This document shows, piece by piece, positions 19,094 to 28,534 of a DNA stretch of 64,000 bases. Origin of the DNA: Dehalococcoidia bacterium. Its GTDB lineage: Bacteria; Chloroflexota; Dehalococcoidia; Lucifugimonadales; UBA3495. The notes beneath the pieces are model-generated. The model saw nothing but the letters and a program-made list of their open reading frames with translations. It was not told where the DNA came from and did no database searches. Location: NCBI GenBank assembly GCA_963665735.1, contig OY762444.1:2025828-2089827 (forward strand), given 5' to 3'. Each line of letters opens with the position of its first letter. Within the stretch, counting starts at the first letter, position 1. Position numbers and translations under genes: made by a program.

Positions 19094-20029
19094 ATGCAGG
19101 GACAAATCGCAATTCCCAAATGGGCCAGTTACCCTTTCATGTTGGCGGCGGTTCTGGATGGAACGCAGGACTACCGCTGGCGTCGGTGGCGCGACGGATG
19201 GTTTTCGGGCGTGCTGGCAGGGAACCTGATACACCTGCGGCAGACCGGGGACGTTCTGGAGTACCGGGCCAACGCTGATTTGGACGACCTGCTGCACGGC
19301 TATTTCCGGTTGGACGATGATATTGACGCCATTTACAACGAAATATCGGAGCGGGATGAGTATGTTGGGCGCCTGGTGCGAAAATATCCCAACTTCCGCC
19401 TGCTTAGGCAGCCTGACCCGTGGGAGTGTGTCGTTTCTTACATTTGCGCGGCCAACAACTCCATTGAGCGCATTGGAGCGATTGTCGAAAAGGTAGCTGA
19501 GACTCTGGGCCAGCCGATTGAGTTGGATGGGGAAGTCCGGCGCACTTTCCCAACGGCTGAAATGGTGGTTGACGCCGGGGTGGAGCCGTTGAGGGAGTTG
19601 CGGCTGGGACTTAGCCGACATGACAAGATAATGGCCGCCGCCCAGCGAGTCTTGGACGGAAGGTTGAACCTGCCTCACCTGGCGCAACCGGAAGCCTCCT
19701 ACGCCGAGGCAAAGGGCCGGTTGATAGAATGTGACGGAATCGGGGAAAAGATTGCGGACTGCATCGCGTTATTTTCGCTGGGCAAGACGGAAGCCTTCCC
19801 GGTGGATGTTCATGTGGGTAGAGCGGTGGAAGGTCGTTTATCCTCCGATAAGCCAACCACAAGGACGCAAAGGGTAAGCCAAGCGCGGCAACTTTTCGGG
19901 AAGTACGCTGGCTACGCCAACCAGTTTCTATTTCAGGGGCAACGGGATGAGGGTGGCGCTCAATCCCAAGGCGTTGAAAATGCCCGCCCCGCTGCGGTTA
20001 CTGACCGAAAGACAGGGAGAGCGGACCTA
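19094..20029 (+). CDS. 8-oxoguanine DNA glycosylase (OGG1/HhH-GPD) domain, reading in frame into the next gene
   Basis: LLRQPDPWECVVSYI, FPT, GIGEKIADC, AFPVDVH, YAGYANQFLF; no stop codon before 20030. Confidence 0.85.
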
Positions 20030-21220
20030 ATGCTGGAAATGCGGCCCATAACTCCGGGGGAGTTTGCGCAGTGGACCCGGGCCGAGGCGCGGGCCTACGG
20101 CAACCGGCTGAATGTTGACCCGGAGGTACTGCGGCCTCACTTCGATTTGGATCGTTCGATTGCGGTTTTCGACCGGGGGGGAATTGTTGGGGGCGCGCAT
20201 TCGCACTTGCAGGAAATTTCCGTTCCAGGCGGAACGGCGGCGGTGGCGGCGGTGGCCAATGTCGCCGTCCAGCCCACCCACCGGCGGCAGGGGATTATGA
20301 GCCGGATGATGCGCCACCAGATTAAGGATGTTTATCGGCGGGGTGAGCCGCTGGCGGCGTTGTTCGCATCGGAAAGCGGCATTTACGGACGGTTCGGCTA
20401 CGGCGTGGGGTCTTTCCGGGAGCAGTGGAGCATTGAACGGCAGCATACGGGATACGCCCGGCGATACCCGACTTCGGGGCGGTTCTTTTTCGTTGACCCG
20501 GCAGACTTGGCTGACGAACTTCCGCAGGTTTCCCGCCGGAGCACCGCCGGCCGTCCTGGAGTCATTGAAAAGCCCCTGGCGTTGTGGGAGCGGGAGTCCC
20601 AGGCCCCGGAGCACCGGCAAGGGGGGCGGGGCGGCTTGTTCTACGTGGCTTATGCGGAAGGCGGCCAGGTGGCGGGGTACGCCAAGTATCGCACCGATGG
20701 GGGGACGCTGACCGTCAATGAGTTGATGGCGACGACCACGGAGTCCTACGCGGCGTTGTGGCGGTTTTGCTTTGACGTTGACCTGGTTGCGACTACCGTT
20801 GCGGAGCGGCGTCCGGTGGATGACCCGCTGCCGTGGATGCTGGCCGACCCGCGGCGGCTGCAACGGTCAGTCCGCGACGGGATGTGGCTGCGGTTGGTTG
20901 ATGTGGCGGCGGCCCTGGAGTCGCGGCGTTACCTGGCCGAGGGTCGGCTGGTGTTGGAAGTAGAGGACGATGTATGTCCCTGGAACCAGGGGCGGTTGGC
21001 GTTGGAAGGTTCCACCGAAGGGGCCTTGTGCCGGAAGTCCGGGGCATCGGCGGACTTGGCGTTGGGGGTCGCCGCGCTGGCCGCGGCCTACCTGGGCGGC
21101 GCCAGTTTCACGACGCTGGGCCAAGCCGGGCTGGTGGAGGAACGCACGGACGGGGCGTTGTTGAAGGCTGACCGGATGTTTGCCACGCAACTGCAACCCT
21201 GGGCGCCCCATAATTTTTAG
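20030..21220 (+). CDS. Eis-family GNAT acetyltransferase with SCP2-like C-terminus
   Basis: VAVQPTHRRQG, AALFASE..IYGRFGYG, WLRLVDV..AL..R.Y, L...YLGG; own GGGAGA RBS and ATG. Confidence 0.9.
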   Translation: MLEMRPITPGEFAQWTRAEARAYGNRLNVDPEVLRPHFDLDRSIAVFDRGGIVGGAHSHLQEISVPGGTAAVAAVANVAVQPTHRRQGIMSRMMRHQIKDVYRRGEPLAALFASESGIYGRFGYGVGSFREQWSIERQHTGYARRYPTSGRFFFVDPADLADELPQVSRRSTAGRPGVIEKPLALWERESQAPEHRQGGRGGLFYVAYAEGGQVAGYAKYRTDGGTLTVNELMATTTESYAALWRFCFDVDLVATTVAERRPVDDPLPWMLADPRRLQRSVRDGMWLRLVDVAAALESRRYLAEGRLVLEVEDDVCPWNQGRLALEGSTEGALCRKSGASADLALGVAALAAAYLGGASFTTLGQAGLVEERTDGALLKADRMFATQLQPWAPHNF

Positions 21221-21323
21221 GCGTGGGCCACGGCGATTCGCGCGGGGTTAAACATTCCCGGCTGAAATCGCCGGGAAGGTGCAGGGGCGGGCTAATCCGG
21301 GGGTAATGCGCCGGGTTGGGGGT

Positions 21324-21752
21324 TTAGCCCTGGGGCGGGGGCGGTTCGTTGAAGGGCTGGCCGTTGGCCTGGGCTTGCAGGAACCGGAGATACCAGGCTT
21401 GCCAAGCCTGACGTTCTTCCTGCCGGCCTACCTGCCGGCCTTCTTCCATTCCTTCCTGACGGCCCTCTTGCAAGCCTTCTTCGCGGCCTACCTGCCGGCC
21501 TTCTTCCTTGAGTTTCCTTATTCGTCCTGCTGCAAACAGTACCATGAGATGCTTTAATCCCTCCCAACCGATTATTGTCAACAGGGCCATGCCCCCGGAT
21601 ACGCTGAACACAGTGCCCAGCAAGTCCATAATGTTGTCGCTCCGCCAAGCGTCCCAGATTAGCCACAACGCCAGGCAGGAAACGATGAACGATACGACGA
21701 AGGCGATGCAGTATATTATACCCAATGCGCGAAGTTGGTCGTTTACCGACAT
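21324..21752 (-). CDS. Two-TM membrane protein with (EG.Q/E) tetrapeptide repeats, copy 1
   Basis: Two hydrophobic helices, EEGRQVGREEG repeats and WQAW..R...GQPFNEPPP tail. Confidence 0.75.
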   Translation of the reverse strand: MSVNDQLRALGIIYCIAFVVSFIVSCLALWLIWDAWRSDNIMDLLGTVFSVSGGMALLTIIGWEGLKHLMVLFAAGRIRKLKEEGRQVGREEGLQEGRQEGMEEGRQVGRQEERQAWQAWYLRFLQAQANGQPFNEPPPPQG

Positions 21753-21952
21753 CTTCCAACCACCATTACCGAGTTTCAATGTCGGTTCTTACGTTAGAAG
21801 TACGCCGGAAGGGTGTCAACCGGCTTCTGTCACTTCCTGGGCAGGAATGGATTGGCGAAAGTTGCTGATTTCGTCCGCGCCCGCCGGAGTGCAATTTCCG
21901 GGCGAAATGCCCTTACCATTTCCGCAGAGTCAAACGCCTTGGAGTTCGGGGG

Positions 21953-22417
21953 TCAGCCCTGGGGCGGGGGCGGTTCGTTGAAGGGCTGGCCGTTGGCCTG
22001 GGCTTGCAGGAACCGGAGATACCAGGCTTGCCAAGCCTGACGTTCTTCCTGCCGACCCTCTGCCATTCCTTCCTTCCGGCCTTGTTCTATTCCTTCCTGT
22101 TTGCCTTCTTGCCTACCCTCCTGTCGGCCCTCTTGCAAGCCTTCTTCGCGGCCTACCTGCCGGCCCTCTTCCTTGAGTTTTTTGATTCGTCCCGCTGCAA
22201 ACAGTACCATGAGATGCTTTAATCCCTCCCAACCGATTATTGTCAACAGGGCCATGCCCCCGGATACGCTGAACACAGTGCCCAGCAAGTCCATAATGTT
22301 GTCGCTCCGCCAAGCGTCCCAGATTAACCACAGCGCCAGGCAGGAAACGATGAACGATACGACGAAGGCGATGCAGTAAATTATACCAAGAGAGCGGAGC
22401 TGGTCGTTTACCGACAT
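21953..22417 (-). CDS. Two-TM membrane protein with tetrapeptide repeats, copy 2
   Basis: Nearly identical to 21324-21752 with 12 more residues in the repeat tract. Confidence 0.75.
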   Translation of the reverse strand: MSVNDQLRSLGIIYCIAFVVSFIVSCLALWLIWDAWRSDNIMDLLGTVFSVSGGMALLTIIGWEGLKHLMVLFAAGRIKKLKEEGRQVGREEGLQEGRQEGRQEGKQEGIEQGRKEGMAEGRQEERQAWQAWYLRFLQAQANGQPFNEPPPPQG

Positions 22418-22687
22418 CTTCCAACCACCCTTGCCGAGTTTCAATGTCGGTTCTTACGTTAGAAGTACGCTAGAAGGGTGTCAACCGGCTTGTGTCACCT
22501 CTTCGGCCATCTGGGAACGCGCCCGGTTGCCGGTGCAGATTACCAGGATTTTCACCGGGGTTGGCCAGCTCATTGTTTCTCCTTACGTTTAGCGGGTGGC
22601 CGGGGCGTTGGGGCGAATGTGTTATTCTGGCGGCGGGGCGGCGTCCGTGAGTCAAGATTAGCGCAATTGCCGCCGGGAGGGAACCTT

Positions 22688-24064
22688 ATGGCTGATTCTA
22701 CGGCTACCAGGGCCATGATTGAATGGATGTCGGCGACGGAGTTTGGCGACCTGCCCGAAGACGTTCAGCGCATAACCCGAATGGCCTTGTACGACGGCGT
22801 GGGGAGCATTCTGGCCTGCTCGATGCTGCCGGTGGCGCAGCGATTGAGGGAGTTCGTCAACATTGCCGGGGGCGCCGCCGATTGCACCGTCATCGGTTCC
22901 GACCGGCGCACTTCGGTATTGAACGCCGCCCTGGTCAACGGCACGATGGGCCACGCCGACGAAGTTGACCCCATTGACGCTTTCGATACCAGGGGGAGCC
23001 ACGTCATGGCGTCCAGCATCGCCGCCGCTTTGACCGTGGGACAGTTGTTGGACGCTCCGGGCATTCAAGTGTTGCGGGGAGTGGCCCTTGGCTACGAGTT
23101 TTCCAAGCGGGTCCATGCGGTAGCGGCGCGGGTGCAGCGGGAAACGGGCCGGTCGGTCAGTCCCTTTGATGAAGGCAACACGATGGGCGCAACGGTTGCC
23201 GCCGCCATTGCCGCCGGGCTTTCGCCGGAACAACTGGACGTTGCCTTGACCTTGGGGGCGCATCTGGCCTGCGGGATTACGGCTTTTCACCGGGAGTCGC
23301 GGCACCAAACCAAGTCTTTCACCCGGGGCGGCCTGGGGGCGCAGAACGGGGCCACCGCCGCGCTGATGTCCAAGGCGGACTACGACTCGCCCCGGGACAT
23401 TCTGGACGGGCATGGCGGCCTTTTCGACAGTTACCTGGGAATCCAGACCCCCGGCGATGATTTTCTGGCCGGCTTGGGCCAGGATTTCGTCATCCGGGGC
23501 TTGATTTTCAAGCGGGCCAGTTCCGGGGGCGGACTCCAGGCCCCCAGACAGGCCCTCTTGGAGCTTGTCGCCGAGCATGGGTTGACCGCCGGCGACATGG
23601 AGGCGATTCAGGTGGAAATGCGGCCCGGCGACGTGGACAGCTATTTCACCAGCAACCGGCATCCCGCCGACTGCGGCGACGCTCTGGCCTTGGCCGCGCT
23701 GTACGGCGGGATGGGGTTCAAAGAGGCGCACCAGGAACGCCACTGCGCCAGCCCGGAGTTTCGGGATATGCGGCCCAGGATTACGGTACGGCCCCGGGAG
23801 GACTGGAATGCCCCGCGCTTCCGGCTGCATACGGCGGTTACGGTGACTACCAAGGACGGGCGCAGTTTGCGGAATGAGACGGATTACCGCCTGATGACGG
23901 AAGAGGATTTGGACGCCAAGTTTGCCTACCTGGTGGGATTGCGGGCCGGGGCGGACAAGGCGGCAGAGTTGGCGGTGACGTTGAAGGGTTTGGAGACGGT
24001 GGGGAACGTGGCGGACGTTATGGCGCAATTGGAGCTTCCCGAAGTGGATATTGAGGAGGTTTAA
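22688..24064 (+). CDS. MmgE/PrpD family protein
   Basis: AALVNGTMGHADEVD, H....AAL, GYE, K....G..A.NG motifs; GGAGG RBS before ATG 22688. Confidence 0.9.
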   Translation: MADSTATRAMIEWMSATEFGDLPEDVQRITRMALYDGVGSILACSMLPVAQRLREFVNIAGGAADCTVIGSDRRTSVLNAALVNGTMGHADEVDPIDAFDTRGSHVMASSIAAALTVGQLLDAPGIQVLRGVALGYEFSKRVHAVAARVQRETGRSVSPFDEGNTMGATVAAAIAAGLSPEQLDVALTLGAHLACGITAFHRESRHQTKSFTRGGLGAQNGATAALMSKADYDSPRDILDGHGGLFDSYLGIQTPGDDFLAGLGQDFVIRGLIFKRASSGGGLQAPRQALLELVAEHGLTAGDMEAIQVEMRPGDVDSYFTSNRHPADCGDALALAALYGGMGFKEAHQERHCASPEFRDMRPRITVRPREDWNAPRFRLHTAVTVTTKDGRSLRNETDYRLMTEEDLDAKFAYLVGLRAGADKAAELAVTLKGLETVGNVADVMAQLELPEVDIEEV

Positions 24065-24209
24065 GCCCCTGAGTTAGGGGATTGGCCGGTTTCCGCAGGG
24101 GGTATTGGGTAATTGGGACGGTCTTGGGGATTAGGATTTCTGGATTCCGGCCCCGTATCGTGGTACGGGGCCGGCTTTTCGCCGGAATGACGGTGGTGGA
24201 GTGGGGGAG

Positions 24210-25313
24210 TCAACTGGCGGGGGCGCAGTTAAATTCTACTTGCAGCGCATCTTTGTTGGTTGGGGCGTCGTCTTCGATGGTGATGTCGCGATCGAAGACC
24301 CGCAGGGGGGAGTTGCCGGCCAGGTCTTCCAAGTGGGGCGCTATGGTCAGGCGGCAAGGCCCGGTGTCCCAGGGATTTTCCGGGGAAAACCGCCAACTGC
24401 GTTCCTCCGGGCCGATTTCACCCTGTCCAGACACGGGGGTTCCGTCCGTCGTTTTGACGGTCAAGCAGTGCTGCAACAGGGCTTGGTCAAGGGGGTGGTC
24501 AAACTCTACGGTCAGGGGCTGCGCGGAACCGGCGACGGGTGGGATCAGTTTCCAGTTATGGAGGGCGATTCGTTCCCGCCGGGGTGGGCCGACGCGGTAG
24601 CAGCGTTCCGCCCCGGCAACCAACGGGCGTCCCCCGGCGTCGCGGAAATCGGGGGCAACCATGACCTTGACCGGCACGCCCTCAACCAGGGGGTAGCCGG
24701 CTTCCAGGTTGGGGGCCAGCCCGCGCTTGATGCGTCCGGGGTCTAACAGCATGGTCAGGCGGCGGCGGGACGGGTCCCAAAGCTCCGGCGGAGTCGGCAG
24801 AAAGACGCCTTCCAGCAACTCGCCGTTGTCCTGGCGGCAGACGGTGATAGCCTGGGCGGCCCAACCCTCGCTCATGGGGGTGGAAAAGTGGACGTAAACC
24901 TTTAACAGGTTGACCGGGATTTCGGCGGCGGTGGGATAGATGGCGACGACTTCGGTGGTGGGCGTAGCGGCGACGGTGGGGCGTTGGATGGTCAAGACCT
25001 GCGGGCCGTCCTGGGATGCGCCGGAATCAACCACCACGGCATAACTCATCCCGTCGCGAAAGGGGAACCGGGGCATAAAGCAGACGGATTCCGGTTCCAA
25101 GACGAAACTGCCGGCGATGGTCGGGAAGGCCCGGTAATCGTCGCCGGCGGTGGCAAGAACGTCGCTGGGCAGGATGACCACCCGGCGAGCTAACTCGCCG
25201 GGGGTCAATCCGCACAATTCCGCGAACTCGGTATCGGGCCAGCCGGTGATTAGGAGGCAGCCGCTCCCCTGCCGGTCGGCAAATTCGAGGCGCAGCCGGC
25301 GGGTTTGGGTCAC
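24210..25313 (-). CDS. Hypothetical protein with Ig-like (Big_5-type) segments
   Basis: F.PRFPF..G..Y, IYPT...P.NLLK.Y..FS.PM, LDPGRIKRG, LEDLAGN; start overlaps the upstream stop (GTGA). Confidence 0.75.
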   Translation of the reverse strand: MTQTRRLRLEFADRQGSGCLLITGWPDTEFAELCGLTPGELARRVVILPSDVLATAGDDYRAFPTIAGSFVLEPESVCFMPRFPFRDGMSYAVVVDSGASQDGPQVLTIQRPTVAATPTTEVVAIYPTAAEIPVNLLKVYVHFSTPMSEGWAAQAITVCRQDNGELLEGVFLPTPPELWDPSRRRLTMLLDPGRIKRGLAPNLEAGYPLVEGVPVKVMVAPDFRDAGGRPLVAGAERCYRVGPPRRERIALHNWKLIPPVAGSAQPLTVEFDHPLDQALLQHCLTVKTTDGTPVSGQGEIGPEERSWRFSPENPWDTGPCRLTIAPHLEDLAGNSPLRVFDRDITIEDDAPTNKDALQVEFNCAPAS

Positions 25314-26404
25314 AGCGTATCGGTGGCGTAGGAATGGAGGTGGCTGTGGCCGTCGTCGTCCTGCTGGAGCATCAGCACCCCGCTGCCGTTGAGGTTGACC
25401 ATGCGCTTGACGCCGGGATGGGGCAGCAATTGGCGGGGGACGCCGTTGGGCGGAGTCACCGGGTTGGCCGGGCTGCTGTCCATATCCCGGTCGGGCACGG
25501 TCAGCGGGCCTTGCTGGTCAATGTCGGCGCAGGCAACCTTAATCAGCGGGTGGCGGTCGTTGCAGACCAGCAGATACTCGCCGCCGTCCTGCTCGAAGGA
25601 AATGAGGTCCAACGGACGGTTGTGGGCGCCAAGTTCGGCCACGGTCTTGCCCTTGACCTGCTGGCCCGGCGCGAACTCGTCCAGGTTGAACTGGACTACC
25701 GGGGTGCAGGTGTAGCTGGCGAGGATTTTGGCGTTGCCCTGGTAAGGGACGAAGGCGCGGATGGGGGCCGCCGTTTCGTACTGGCCGTGGGAAACGTGGA
25801 AGATTTCCAGGGAGTTGGCGTCGAAACCGCCGTTGAAGGGGAAGGGAATCCGCCGCAGGGTGGAGGAAAATTCCTCGTTGGAAGTTCCGGCCACCAGCAG
25901 CAGACCGTCCACGAAGGACATATCGGTGACGGTGACGGTTCGCAACTGCTGGCGGGAAACCTGGCGGGGGTCGTCCGCGTCGGCGGCGTCGTGGAGAATG
26001 GTCTGGGAAAAGGCGACGTTTTCCAGGGAAACGTCGCTGATGTTCCCGTCGCCGTTGACCTTGACGATGACGGGAAGGGCGTCGTCGCCAGCGCCGCGCA
26101 TGACGGAGACGTAGAGGTTGTCGGACGCGGGATGCACGGCCATGTCCTGAATGGCAACGTCTTCGCGGGCGCAGCCGAGGTAGGCGGCCAGGGCGGTATC
26201 GAAGTTTTCCAGGTCGAGGGCATGGGGGCCGCTGCCGGTTTCGTTGTCGTCAACGTCAATGGCGAAAATGGCGGCGCCGACGTTGTCGCCGACGAAAAGG
26301 ATTCCGGCGGGGCCGAAGGCGAGGGAACCCGCCGACTTGACGGACGGCGTACCGACTTCCAATCCAAATTCTTCCAGGTGGGTAGTTGTTCCGTATTCAA
26401 CCAT
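25310..26404 (-). CDS. Hypothetical protein, likely beta-propeller
   Basis: LAFGP.G.LFVGD, DMAVHP, VAG.SNEEF, H..HG.YET, YTCTP; AGGAGG RBS. Confidence 0.8.
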   Translation of the reverse strand: MVEYGTTTHLEEFGLEVGTPSVKSAGSLAFGPAGILFVGDNVGAAIFAIDVDDNETGSGPHALDLENFDTALAAYLGCAREDVAIQDMAVHPASDNLYVSVMRGAGDDALPVIVKVNGDGNISDVSLENVAFSQTILHDAADADDPRQVSRQQLRTVTVTDMSFVDGLLLVAGTSNEEFSSTLRRIPFPFNGGFDANSLEIFHVSHGQYETAAPIRAFVPYQGNAKILASYTCTPVVQFNLDEFAPGQQVKGKTVAELGAHNRPLDLISFEQDGGEYLLVCNDRHPLIKVACADIDQQGPLTVPDRDMDSSPANPVTPPNGVPRQLLPHPGVKRMVNLNGSGVLMLQQDDDGHSHLHSYATDTL

Positions 26405-26870
26405 AGCGTCCTCCTACGCAATGACTTCGTTCATCCCGGACAGTTTAGCATTATGTCGGACGTATCGCCACCGCCGGGCGGGTTTTTCGGTTGGGCAACG
26501 ATGATTGGGATGGGGTTTCTGGATTCCGGCCTTCGCCGGAATGACGGTTGTGGAGTGGGGGAGTTTTTTGGTTGGGCGACGATGGTTGGGGATGGGGAAA
26601 GGGCGGGTTTCAAACCCGCCCCTACGGACGACCGTCGTGGGTTTGTCGCCACTGGGACCCTTGCCCCGGTGGGGGTAGGGGGACGCACCCCCATCCTAAC
26701 CTTCCATCGTCAAGGGGGAAGGGACTGTTGAAATGCCTCCCAACACTGTTCCTACCGAATTTGCAATCGTCCTGTCCGTCTCCCCAACTCGCCGTACCTG
26801 GATTCATGCCGTATAATGGCCCTTGTCCATTCGTTGACCGCCAACACCCGCCAACCCCCGGAGGTTGAGC

Positions 26871-27554
26871 ATGACCACCGCCAGGCCCGAAACTGTCCAA
26901 AGTCCCTTCCGGCTGCCCGACCCGCCGGAGCGAGATCCAGACGACATGACCAGCGCCAAGCACCTGGCCGAAAACGGCAATATGCACCACCTCAAACTCC
27001 ACCTGGGCCGGCCGGAAACAACTATCGTCAAGGCGGAACTGTTCCTGGCCAACGACCGCCGCGGCCCGGAAACCAATTTCCGCATCCCCGATCTTCTCGT
27101 CGCCTTTGACGCCAACCCCGAGCTTTACGAGGCGAACAACGGCTACGTGGTGTCCGAACAGGGAAAGCCCCCGGACTTCGTGCTGGAGATAGCGTCGCCC
27201 AGCACCAGGGCGGCGGACAACAACACCAAGCGGGACTTCTACGCCCGTCACGGCGTCCGGGAATACTGGCGGTTTGACCAGGAGGACGGGCGCAGTTCGG
27301 TAAAACTGGCCGGCGACCGGCTGGTTCAGGGTCACTACCAACCCATTGCCATTGAGGAGCCGGAGGAAGGTATCCTCCAGGGATACAGCCCGGCTCTGCA
27401 CCTTTATCTGCGCTGGGAGCTTGGGGAACTGCGCTGGCATGACCCGGCCACCGACAGCCACATCGCCACCTTCGCCCAGGAGCGGGAAGCCCGCCTGGCT
27501 GCCGAGGCCCGCATCCGCGAACTGGAAGAACGGCTGTCCCGTCGGAACTCCTGA
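26871..27554 (+). CDS. Uma2-family putative endonuclease
   Basis: PDLLVAF, PDFVLEIASPST...D...K..FY...GV.EYWRFD; TATAAT at 26812 and GGAGG RBS. Confidence 0.92.
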   Translation: MTTARPETVQSPFRLPDPPERDPDDMTSAKHLAENGNMHHLKLHLGRPETTIVKAELFLANDRRGPETNFRIPDLLVAFDANPELYEANNGYVVSEQGKPPDFVLEIASPSTRAADNNTKRDFYARHGVREYWRFDQEDGRSSVKLAGDRLVQGHYQPIAIEEPEEGILQGYSPALHLYLRWELGELRWHDPATDSHIATFAQEREARLAAEARIRELEERLSRRNS

Positions 27555-27575
27555 CTTGGAAAAGGAACCACTCAC

Positions 27576-27956
27576 GTGACTGAACAGACGCGCATAACGC
27601 CGGCCGACTTTTTCTGCAACGCCGCCGCGCAGGAAGCCGGATTCTCCGGCCAATTCTGGCTCGACGCCTACAACCTCTACCTGGATGCGGTGGAAAGCGA
27701 CCCAACCCCGTCCTTTGACAAATGGGAGATTGAACGCACGGTGCTGGTTCCCTTCCGGGGCAGCCGGGTAGAGGTGCTGGTCCGGGACCAGCCTGACGGA
27801 CGGGAATACAGTGTCCTCAGACTTACCGCGTTCCCCGCCGGCGAAGGTTCCGAGCCTCGCCGGATAGACCGTTGGTACCTGCTCGGAGCCGGCGGGGAGG
27901 AAACCCCTGCCCCGCTGGGAGAAGCAGTCCTCCCTGACTATATCCACCGCTGGTAG
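27576..27956 (+). CDS. Hypothetical protein
   Basis: 126 aa ORF with AAGGA RBS directly after the Uma2 gene. Confidence 0.6.
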   Translation: MTEQTRITPADFFCNAAAQEAGFSGQFWLDAYNLYLDAVESDPTPSFDKWEIERTVLVPFRGSRVEVLVRDQPDGREYSVLRLTAFPAGEGSEPRRIDRWYLLGAGGEETPAPLGEAVLPDYIHRW

Positions 27957-28076
27957 CAACGGCCCGCGCGCCGCCCGGCTTGATGCGGAGGGGTCGTTTG
28001 TTGTTCGTCCCAACGTCTCCACCAAAGCACGGTATGTTGCGGCCCTGCGACTTGGGCCGGAATGATTTTCACCCAT

Positions 28077-28341
28077 CGGCAAGGGTAGGGGTTAGTGGGG
28101 AGTTTTGGGGATAGACAATGGGCTTGGGGATAGGGTTTCTGGATTCCGGCCTTCGCCGGAATGACGGTGGAGGGCCGGAATGACGGTCTAACTTTGGAAA
28201 GGCCCGGCGTATCGGCACGGGTAGGGGTTAGTGGGGAGTTTTGGGGATAGACGATGGGCTTGGGGATAGGGTTTCTGGATTCCGGCCTTCGCCGGAATGA
28301 CGGTGGAGGGCCGGAATGACGGTCTAACTTTGGAAAGGCCC
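28077..28341. repeat. 136 bp-period direct repeat built around a dRS3-like palindrome
   Basis: Palindromes at 28141 and 28277 with duplicated flanks. Confidence 0.85.
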
Positions 28342-28534
28342 TGACCATCGGCCTGGCCCATCGGCGGGGTTTACTTCCCCTGAGCAGCAAATGATGATAG
28401 ATTGCTGTTTGGACAATTCCTTTGGTGGCCACGGGCGCGTTCCCCACATACGGTTGGTTCGGGCGTTTTCGGCTGGAAACCGGCGAGAAACCTCCGGGCC
28501 ATCCATTCATTTATCCATTCAGATGAGTTAAGAC

